Of a stretch of 64,000 nt of DNA, positions 23,413 to 33,755 are shown in pieces (position 1 is the stretch's first letter; every line of letters begins with the position of its first letter). This stretch comes from Azolla caroliniana (lineage: Eukaryota > Plantae > Polypodiophyta). A program made the translations under genes and the position numbers. Location of the stretch: positions 9,920,001 to 9,984,000 of the forward strand of contig JBHGNT010000005.1 of NCBI GenBank assembly GCA_043228905.1, written 5' to 3'. Under the pieces are notes generated by a model that was not told where the DNA came from, ran no database searches, and saw nothing but the letters and a program-made list of their open reading frames with translations.

Positions 23413-26274
23413 TGTCATGTTATGGCAAGACTCAAACTCATGACCTTATGTTACATGGATCGAGCTCTTGACCATTAGACTATATGTTGTAATACGAAAA
23501 ATATTATTTTCATTTAGGTTTTACTATAGAAAATTGATGTATATTCCAGATTTCTCTGGAACAATCTAGAAACTTCAGGAGTACTCCTGAGAACACTATA
23601 AAAGGAGGCACAAGGCATTATTTCAAACCAAATCAGTTCAACGCCAGTCTTATGCCTCCTAGCTACTATTGTATATTCCCTTAACATAATATATGTATTT
23701 TGTTATTCTCATTCTCTCTCTCACTCTCTCTCACTCACTCTCTCCTTCTCTCGAGAGTTCTACACCTCCCTTAGTACTGTTGTAGGTTTTAGAGTTAGGG
23801 TTAGGGTTAAGGATGATGATGGTTAACGATGACGAAGATAGACATGGTGAAATAGCAAAGATGATGAAGAGTATGATGGTGAGAGAGATTGACATGAAGA
23901 TGTTGAGAATTATTGAGAAGCATTGCGGGGTAAGGATGACATTGATGAGCATTGTGGGGTGGGGGGTGGTGCCTAGAATGGCTCCACCCCCCTCCCAAGG
24001 GGGTTCAACGTTGAGGGGGAGAGAGAGAGAGAGAGAGAGAGATGAAAAGAGAGATAGAGAGAAATTTTCATACCTTTATTCATTCCCCATAAAGGGGTTA
24101 AATAGTACAAGAGGGGGTAGATACAAAGGGGTGTAAGCCCCCTAGAGCATTCATATTGGACACTCACTCACACCTCATCGTATCCCTCCACATGCACACA
24201 CGTGTGCATGTGTTCACATACATATCGACTCACAATTACATTTATGTTCCCTACACATATACAACATCATCATGATAATATGCGACCCTCGCTCATCACA
24301 CTTGACTCTCCGTACAACTCGTACGGGGTAACACATTATGGCACGCCCGTGGGAAAGTGCCTTGCACGTCGATCCCACATGCCTTGATGATGATATCTCT
24401 TCGACCGGAACTTCCATCGTTCCTTTCAACGATCGACTCCCTCGATCGGAGCGCTTGACTCGATCATCTCCATCGGTCAGCGACTTTTCCGCGACACGAA
24501 CATTCTCATTCTGTCGTCTTACGAACTTTGGTATCCTCTTTCGGGTCCTTAAAAATGTTGTGTGTATGTATGTAATTCTCTGTTGATTTTGTGAGTTGTC
24601 GTGGTCGATCACGTCCATTTCTTTAGGTGGATGAGATTTCAAAATTTCATAGGTGCCCTTTGATTTTTAAAATTTTCTTATATACCCTCAGGGTTTTACA
24701 ATTATGTTTGATACCCTCATCTTTCTTTTTCTTCTTTCCTTCTCTTCTTTCCCTCTTCTTTTTCATTTCTGTTACTACTTCTTTCTTTCTTTCTTGCCTA
24801 CTTTCTTCTTCCTCATTCTTTCTTCCCGTTCTTCCTTATTCTTCCGTCTATGCCTTTCTCTCTCTTCTTTCTGTTTCTCAAACTTCGTCACCTTCTTCTT
24901 TCTCTTCTTCATTCACCACTGCTATGTCCATTGTCCGTGGCTGTCACTCTGTGTGTCTGTATGGCCTTCTTTGTTCATCTCCGTCTCTGTCTTTTCGGCT
25001 CCTTTCGGTTTTGTCACTTGAGTCTATTTTGCTTGCCTGTGTCAGTTTTCTCATAAAACACTAGAGATTCATCTCTTCGAAATTCCTAAGACGGGAACAT
25101 AGAATGATTGGGAGAATGCCATTCAAACAAAAATCCATAGTCTCTATAGTTTGGTAGTTCGTTCTGTCTTCTTCCTTAATCATGTTGCATCCTTCAGAAT
25201 CTCTTTCATCGGTAAGATTCGAAATGGAGAAGACGCAAACCGAAACCCTATGACACAACATCATAATCATCGTAATCATTGTATTTTACTCCTGTTTCTT
25301 TGACCTTTTCCCCATCTCTTGCACACGGTCATTGCCATTGTTGCAGTCTCACACAACGTCATCATTTGATCATCATCGCTGTTACACGCACATTTCTACC
25401 ATTTCTCGCGTATTATTGTTGCATATCATTTCATAACTTCCTCTTGCACAACTTCATTGTGTTGCATTCCTCGATGACTTCCCATCAACATCACCATTTC
25501 CTTCACATTGTCATACCATCTCATTCCTCGACTTTGTCTCACATATTGTGACTGCCATTTGTTGCACATCGTCGATTAGATTCTTTGTACATCATTGTCA
25601 CCATTATCGCACATTTTGTTGTTGCCATATCTTTGCCGCATATTCGTCTTCAACTTCATCTTCAAAGGGGGGTCGCCTTAGTGGTCGCCAAAAGGTGTTG
25701 TCAGTTTTAGGGTTAACATTTATGATGATTGGTGATAAGCATTGAGAGATTGATTATGACATTGATAGTGATGAAGATGGAAATGGCGATGGCGATAAGA
25801 ATCATTGTGGGTGATAGCATGATGTGCATTGAGAAGCATTGCGGGGTGGGGGGTGGTGCCTAGAATGGCTCCACCCCCCTCCCAAGGGGGTTCAACGTAA
25901 GGGGAGATAGAAGAGAGAGATTGAGAGAGAGAGAAATGGTTATTCATGTATTCATTCCTTCCCCATAAGGGGTTAAATAGGTACAAAGGGGTAGATCCAC
26001 AAGGGTGCAAGCCCCCTTGGCATTCACACCTAGTCACTCACTCACACCTCTTTGTATCTACCACACTCACACTTACATTCACACTCATAATCGTATAAAA
26101 TCACACATACATATCAACACATTACATCTTTCACCCTCACTTATCACACTTATCAATCACCTGTACATCTCGTACGGGGTAACAAGTACTAATCCTCATC
26201 TTTTAGTACTAATTCCTTCTCTGTTTTAGTACTATTCCTGACAGTACTACTCTGTCTTAGTACTGCTCCTGATA
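23413..26274 (+). repeat. Chromovirus LTR (23413-23777 plus 26190-26274), split by an insertion and shared by upstream pol and downstream gag
   Basis: TGTCA start after PPT; colinear with the inverted copy at 28775-29207. Confidence 0.82.
23778..26184 (-). mobile_element. 2.4-kb non-autonomous LTR element (TRIM/LARD-like) with tRNA-like sites inside both LTRs
   Basis: LTRs 23778-24333 and 25696-26184 (TGTTG...GTAACA); 5-bp TSD AGTAC at 23773-23777 and 26185-26189; no recognisable coding; TATTTAA and AATAAA on the minus strand. Confidence 0.88.
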
Positions 26275-26578
26275 GTTTTAACCGATTTCTCTCTCCTTCC
26301 TTCTCTTCCTTTATCTTCTTACTTCTCCCTCCCTTCATACTAATCTCTTATTCCACTTTTCTCTAATACTATGGCCATTGTTAGCGCTCAAGAATATCAA
26401 TCCGTTTTCTCAGAGCTGCTACTGCTCCTAACAGTTTGAACCGATTTCTCTCTCCTTCCTTCTCTTCCTTTATCTTCTTACTTCTCCCTCCCTTCATAAT
26501 AATCTCTTATTCCTCTTTTCTCTCATACTATGGCCACTATTAGCGCTCAAGAATATCAATCCGTTTTCTCAGAGCTAC
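26261..26578. repeat. 159-bp tandem duplication of LTR end, PBS and gag start
   Basis: TACTGCTCC at 26261 and 26420; ATGGCCA at 26371 and 26530. Confidence 0.93.
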
Positions 26579-28531
26579 AATGCTTGAAAGAGAAGTTCCT
26601 TGCTTTGGAACAAGAAAATCAATGGTTGCTAGGGGATCTTAAACAAATCTCCTTAGAAAAGCAGCAGACGAAACAACAACATGGGGAACTAGTGGTACAC
26701 ATGCAACAACTCGAAGCAACCTTAGTAGCGATGCAACAACAAGGACCCAATACGCAAGGGATTCATAAAGAACCCAAGATCGGCCTTCCCATGAAATTCG
26801 ATGGAACGCGATCGCAGTTTAGAGGATTCCTTAATCAGGTACGATTAGTCATTTAAATGCGTCCTTCTTGATATCCCACCGATGCACCACGAGTGGGACT
26901 AGTAGGCACTCTACTTAGTGGCATGGTTCGCCCCCCTGTTGGAAAAAAGCTCTCCCTTGTTAAATAATTTCGAAGAGTTTATTACCAAGTTTATTACTAA
27001 GAGTGTTAGAACAACAATCAACAAAATCTGAAGATTGCGCCAAGGTGAGCAGTCGGGCTCAGCTTATGTTGCGGATTTCCGTCTTCTTGCCACCGATATT
27101 CCCTGGTATGACCAGGCACTAATGGAGCAATTTCGTTTTGGCCTAGGTAATGATGTTAAAGATTTACTCTTAACTTTCCCTAAGGAGCCAAAGTCATTGA
27201 TAGAAGCAATCAGTTTTACGATAATTGCCTCTTCGAACGACGTTCGGAATGTCAGTTCCAAATGCCACGGATAAGATCGGAGCCCACCTACGCTTCAATC
27301 GTAGCAAAGCCTTTCCCAAGGGAGGCATGCAATACGTCTCCAACAAATACTCTGACTCCAATGGAAATCGACACCACACGTTGCCGCGGACCACTATCGG
27401 AAGAAGAAAAGCAGCGATGCACGGCAAATCGATTATTTCTTTATTGCAGTGGACCGGGGCATATTGCTGTGAACTGCCCCCATCGGCCAAATGGCAAGTA
27501 AATCAAATAACGGCTAGTACTAATAGTACTAAACCTAAGTCTATTCTTCTAGGTGTGTCTGATAGTCCTAATAGCCCAAGCCTTTCAAACAAATTTGAAA
27601 TCCTTAGTCGACTAGAAGAAGAGTTAAACGATTAAGTCCAGCCAAAATAGGAGCCGTTTGGTTGGACAACCCTAGATCTCTGCAGCCCATTCGCGGTTCC
27701 ATTTCCTGTAAGCAAGTTAGCAATGTGTTCTTAGCTCAGTTAATAGTTAGTACTAAAAGTACTCCTCCAATACATGTCTTAACACTCTTAGATTCCGGAG
27801 CCAACTCTTGATTCATGGATAGGAATTTTGCCCAAGCTCATCAGATATCCCTAAAGAAACTCCCATGTCCAGCTTCTATAGTAGTCATTGATGGTCATCC
27901 CATTACTTCCGGGAATATTATAGAAGAGTCAGAACCCATTAATATTGTCCTAGATAAGTTAGGGTGTGTAGTATCATTTAATATAATTAGTATCCTAGAA
28001 CATCCCATTGTTTTGGGATTACCATGGTTCGAATTACATAACCTAGCCATAGATTGCAGAACAAGAGAAATACGGTGTCGACAAACCTGGGGATCTACTC
28101 ATAAGATTGCAACCATTTCGCTACATCAGTTGCGTGAGGAAGGATGCAAGGAAGAAATGTTTCTCTTTGCAATATCAGTAAACCCCTCCAGTATCAATAA
28201 AGAGGAGTCCACCGTTCAACTTCCAGAGAAGTATCGTCATTATGCTGATGTGTTCGATAAAGTACGAGCTAATACGCTTCCTCACCATTGACCGTATGAT
28301 TGCCCCATCGGTTTACAACCGGGAAAAGAGTCACCATGGGGACCGATTTACAATTTGTCACCAACCGAGATACAAGTCTTTCGAGCCTATATAGAGGAGA
28401 ATTTGGCAAATGGTTTCATTCGACATTCGAAATCTCCAGCCAGCGCACCCATTTTCTTCGTCAAGAAAAAGGATGGATGAATTCGTCTCGTCGTAGATTA
28501 CCGTGGGTTGAATAAATTCACCATCAGGAAT
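26530..28531 (+). pseudogene. Chromovirus gag-protease-RT start, truncated
   Basis: KFDGTRSQFRGFLNQ, LRQG, knuckle remnant YCSGPGHIAVNC, LLDSGA, VLGLPWF and APIFFVKKK. Confidence 0.9.
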
Positions 28532-29207
28532 ATTTTCTTGTTCTAGTGCTACAAATTTCTCTTTTAAGCACTGGAGCTTCGAGAAAATAGATTGGTATTC
28601 CTGAGCGCTAACAGTTTCCATTTTACTAGGGAGGATAAGAGGGTTAGTATGAAGGGGGAAAAGGGGTAAGAAGATGAGGGAAACCGGAAAGAAGACCGGA
28701 AAAAAGGGGATATGTAAGAAGATAAAAGGAAGAGGAGGAAAGGAGGAGACGTAAGGAGGGAAATTGGTTCAAACTGCTAGGAATTATACTGAGACAGAGA
28801 AGAAATTAGTACTAAGAGAGTAATATTAGTACTAAGAGGAATAGAGGGTGTAGAGGACTCGAGAGAAGGAGGGAGGGAGAGAGTGAGAGTGAGAGATCCA
28901 AGGAGAGAAAATGATGATGACAACGATATATTATGTGAGAAGAATATACAAGGAAGGCTAGGAGGCTTAAGACTAGCGTTGAACCGATTTGGTTCGAAAT
29001 AATGCCTTGTGTCTCCTTTTATAGTGTTCTTAGGAGTAATCCTGAAGCTTCTAGAATGTTCCAGAGAAATCTGGAATATGCATTAATTTTCTATAGTAAA
29101 ACTTAAATAAAAATAATATCTTACATATTACAATAGATAGTACAATGGTCAAAAGCTCGACCCATGTAACATAAGGTCTTGGGTTCTGGTCTTGCCATAT
29201 CATGACA
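28532..29207 (-). mobile_element. Inverted chromovirus fragment: LTR 28775-29207, UTR and gag start
   Basis: METVSAQEYQSIFSKLQCLKEK is homologous to the ORF at 26530; LTR is homologous to 23413 onward. Confidence 0.9.
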
Positions 29208-30000
29208 TCTACAAGCTCAATGAGGAAAGCATTGCGGCAGTACGCGAGGACCTCACGCATGACTATCACATGCTAGCGGACCAGCACTCCGAAGAACTCA
29301 TGCAACTGTTGGAAGATTTTGGGGAAAGTCAAGAAGATATTTTTCGTTGGCTAATGGAGATCCGTAGCGAACAACAGAGGACGGAGACAACTACGGTACC
29401 AGAGAGCGATTCCGTCGAACAAGATGAGCCTCAACCTAATTCTAATAACCCACCAGACGTGACCACTACACCTGCCCACGCTACGGAAGGTACGGATAGG
29501 GAAGACCCCGTCCGAACGCTTGCCCACAGACTGAAGAGCCAACGCCAGAACTACGGAGGAATGATCCGGACACCAAATCAATTGAGTCGGCCCTGATCAC
29601 ACAGAGTAAAGATGACAACATGGGAACTCACACACCAGTCAAGTGTGGTGAAGTGGACAACACACAATTGGATGAGTCGGTTGAGCAGAACAACGAAGCA
29701 CCTAAGGACGTCGCGTCGTCTTCGCACCATGTCGTACAGACGGAGCCGAACATCTTAGACATTCTGAACGATGAGTAGAGGGACGGGTCCGACGTGCCAT
29801 GGCACTGTCCCATAGGCGTGCCAGGTGTTGTCCCCGGACCTAACGCTTAAATGAATAGAATATATTATTAGAAGCGTTAAAGAAACGCATGTAACGGTTC
29901 ACGCTAGGAGCGTAACGGACTAAAAGCCTTGGGTATATGAAAGGAGGAAATCCTCTGTAAAGAGCAAGCGGGTATTTTTAGAGGTACCTTCTATAATACA
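29208..30000 (+). mobile_element. 3' end of an LTR element: unknown ORF, CCA-hairpin motif, LTR from 29826
   Basis: ORF to 29596 is homologous to 60770-60900; motif at 29801-29823 is followed by GG-TGTTG; right edge uncertain. Confidence 0.65.
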
Positions 30001-31009
30001 ATACTATCTTCTCTGATTCCCTTGCCTGTTATAGTAGGATACCTCCCCACAAAATAAAATGGACGTCTAGCCTTCAATTGTGATGCAACTCCATCAGACC
30101 AGACCCAATGTTGAGTAAGCTCCAAACGTTTAGCTAATAACCATTGCCAATGTAAGTTAAAACAATGTTGGACGAACAAGGTATCATGCTTCTTATCATC
30201 AGAAATAAAAAAATGAATTACTTTTTTAACATTACCTGAAACTCGAAAATATGTTATGTGCACAAAAATGGTTACCTACGCTACGCTGCACACCAATGCA
30301 TAGATTGAATTTTATTCTGCTGCTTCAAAGTATAATTCTCTGTGAAATCTACTACTGAGACTACTACATCATTTGGAAAATCAAATATGCAAGTCTTAAA
30401 CTGATGGGCTTGGCATGAATAAATGAAGTTGTGTTTAATGAACTTTCCTAGAGATACTACAAATAGAGATGCCAAATCCCTGGTTTAAGCAACTTCCTAA
30501 CTAGATCCTTTCTTTACACACCTTTCCTTCAAAATTGGTGTCAACTGACTCAAATAACTTGACTGAGATTAATATTTCTCTACTCAATTCATTTGGAAAC
30601 CACCTAAATCTACTAGGACCACAATCTTGACATAAACCCATGACACATTTATGACTATGGAAGATGGCCTCAATTTCTCTCGGACACAATATTGAATCTA
30701 AAAGACAACTCATGGAAGAGATAACATGCTCAGATGATTTACAATGCTCTTGTGGGCTCGATTGACAAATTGGGCACTCCCAAGTGCAAACTGCATTTGG
30801 TAGGGAGGCGCTATGGTGACATAGTAGATTAACAGAGTCCTTGAGAAAACCCATTTGTACATGATAAATGCAACAACATGTGTATCGATCCTTCAAATGG
30901 CTCACAAAGTCTAGCTTAAGAGACTCGAATGTTCGTAGTTGAACTTTGATATTTGGATGCATTCGCCTGAACCTAATAAATAAATTGACCTGCGTAATAA
31001 AATGGACAT

Positions 31010-31340
31010 ACTAATTAGCTCTATGGCTAAGTGGTAGCTAATTAGCTACTACCATAGTTCAGTACAATAGCTAATTAGCTAAGTGGTAGCTAATTAGCTA
31101 CTACCATAGTTCAGTACAGTAGCTAATTAGCTAAGTGGTAGCTAATTAGCTACTACCATAGTTTAGCACAGTAGCTATTAAGCTAAGTGGTAGCTAATTA
31201 GCTACTACCATACTTTAGTATAGTAGCCAATTAGCTATGTGGTAGCTAATAAGCAACTACCATAGTTTAATACAACAGCTAATTAGTTACTACCATGGTT
31301 TAGTACAATAGTTCTCTTGTCTAAGTGGTAGCTAACTCTC
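31010..31340. repeat. 52-bp minisatellite with TAGCTAATTAGCTA palindromes, in predicted transposase intron
   Basis: AAGTGGTAG at 31029, 31081, 31133 and 31185; minus-strand acceptor ACGCAG at about 30990. Confidence 0.9.
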
Positions 31341-31865
31341 ATTAGTCCAAAATATTGTGATTATATCCTTGATTTCTGATGTTATGGGTGTCATTGGCTT
31401 AAATCTTTAGCAGACTAGTTCCTTCACCCGAGGAAACTATCCGGTTCAATGTATTGTACACACTTTTTCTACTAACACCAATTACCTTAGATAGCACACT
31501 GATGTTAATATCGTCAACATCACTATTAAGTAACATCATTAGACTAGACCTTTTTAAGACAAGATCATCTTCTGACCTGCTCATGGATATGAAACGATTA
31601 TGGAGATTATTTACTAGTATAGATGTTATGTTTGCATTAAGACTATCACAATCAACTAACTCCTTTATTGATGGATCATTTAATATTCCATAAAGTACTA
31701 CCTTCTTGTCTTAATTGCTAATGTGCTTGGTTTGAACATTGAAATAGTCTACAACCTTTCTCTCTATGATAGTAGTCTCATTACTTCCATTCTCAGTGAT
31801 ATTTAGACCTATATCGCAACCAATACTATCTTTACCTTTAGTGAGTGTGGATTTCGTATCCTTCA

Positions 31866-32162
31866 GGGTGAAAGCATGGGAATGGGAACAATTAGCTATG
31901 TCCTTGACATAGCTAATTAGCTATCTAAAAAGCTACATGTAATCTGTATATTTTGGCATTTTTAGGGATGATTAGAATTTGATCTCAAATAAAGACTAGC
32001 TAAACGGTGGACCATAAATGGTAATATTTCCATCCCCATCATAAATGATATGTATCTTTAAGATCTTCCAACTAAAAATTAGCTATAAAAAAAACTATTT
32101 AGCTGTGGTCAATTTACCAGCTAAATAGCTATAATAGTGTTTCCATTCGCATGCTTTCACCC
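31866..32162. mobile_element. 297-bp Sola2-type MITE
   Basis: TIR GGGTGAAAGCATGGGAATGG vs GGGTGAAAGCATGCGAATGG; 4-bp TSD TTCA at 31862-31865 and 32163-32166. Confidence 0.92.
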
Positions 32163-32449
32163 TTCAACAATTGATGTTGTTTTCTTTTTTTTCTGCCCAA
32201 TACTTTTGTATCGCTTGTTGTGTCCTAATAGCGTCATCCCTATCCTGATGATCATTGAGGGGTAATTCTAAACACCCTCCTCCCCCTTCCATTTGGTTCG
32301 ACGGGTTTAAAACCTAATTTTCCCGAAAAAAAGACACGTATTAAAGATGGCTATGGGCAACAACAATACACAAAAATATTCTGCAATACACAAGATTATA
32401 CACAACAATACACAAGATAATCAATAGACAGAATAGTTATTCAAATCCA

Positions 32450-33480
32450 AGACCGAACAATGGCAGTAATCCAGGGCCGAATAGTGGCGACAACTGAGTG
32501 TAGAATGGCGGCAGTGGAGGAGTGAACTTCGTTTGATCGAATAGTTTTCACAATCTAGGACCGAACAATGGCGGCAACTGAGTGTAGAATGATGACAATG
32601 GAGGAATGAATTCCGTCAGATCGAACAATGATAGATGATGCTTGGAACGCACAGTGACGACAATTGAGAGTAGAATGGCAACAATGGAGAATGAGTGAAC
32701 TCCTTTGGATTGAAAGTGGCAGCAACACACCACCGAACATTAGCGGCAACTAAGTGTAGAATGATGGAAATGGATGAGTGAACTCCATCAAATCGAAAAG
32801 TGGTAGCAATCCAGGACCGAGCAGTAGCGGCAACTAAGTATAGAATGATGGCAATGGAGTGAACTCCGTCAGATCGAATAGTGGCAGATGATGCTTGGAA
32901 TGCACAGTGACGCCAACTAAGAGTACAATGGTGGTAGTGGAGAAGGAGTGAACTCCCTCAGATCGAAAAGTGGCAGCAATACACGACCGAACAGTAGCGG
33001 CAACTAAGTGTAGAATGATGGAAATGAATGAGTGAACTCCGTCAAATCAAAAAGTGGCAACAATCCAGGACCAGTCACCAAATAGTAGCGGCAACTAAGT
33101 GTAGAATGATGGCAATGGAGGAGTGAACTCCGTCAAGTCGAATAGTGGTAGATGATGCTTGGAACGCACAGTGATGGCAACTGAGAGTAGAATGGCGGTA
33201 GTGGAGAAGGAGTTAACTCCATCGGATCGAAAAGTGGCAGCAATATACGACCTTCACAGTAGCGACAACTGAGTGTAGAGTGGCGGCAATGGAGGAGTGA
33301 ACTTGGCAGATGAGGCTTGGATTGAACAGTGGCGGCAACTGAGTGTAGAATGGCGGCAATGGAGGAGTGAACTCCGTCAGATCGAACAGTGGCAGATGAT
33401 ACTTGGACCACACAGTGCCGGTAACTAAGTATAGAATGACGACAATGGAGGAGTAGACTCAACAGGGTTTAGCAACAGTG
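32450..33480. repeat. Complex subterminal minisatellite of Sola2-like B
   Basis: About 12 copies of CAACT(A/G)AGTGTAGAATG...GAGTGAACTCC modules with alternating linkers. Confidence 0.88.
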
Positions 33481-33559
33481 GTAGTAATCTAAGCCAAAAT
33501 ACTCAACCAAAGATGGCCCACGTGATGTGGCAAAGGATCATGCATAATGGACCTAGGAA

Positions 33560-33755
33560 TTCAGTACATAATTTATGGTGCACATTTATGGTGCACATAT
33601 CAATTTATGTTGCACGTTTATGTTGCACATTTATGGTGCTCATTTATATAATTAAAACTCTCTACTATTTTCGATGGTAGCTTTTTGCATAACTAATTTA
33701 TCAATGGTAGCTTTTTGCAAAAATGACTATTTATCAATGGTAGCTTTTTGTATAG
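33560..33755. repeat. Short subterminal repeats (ATTTATGGTGCAC about 5 copies; ATGGTAGCTTTTTG 3 copies)
   Basis: Seen directly next to the TIR. Confidence 0.8.

Noticed and set aside
23790-23812. Interstitial telomere
   Set aside because: Only two perfect TTAGGG units inside an LTR and not fully kept in the partner LTR.
32450-33480. Repeat-spacer array or Cys/His-rich ORFs
   Set aside because: Linkers are themselves repeated and degenerate; the ORFs are by-products of the minisatellite.
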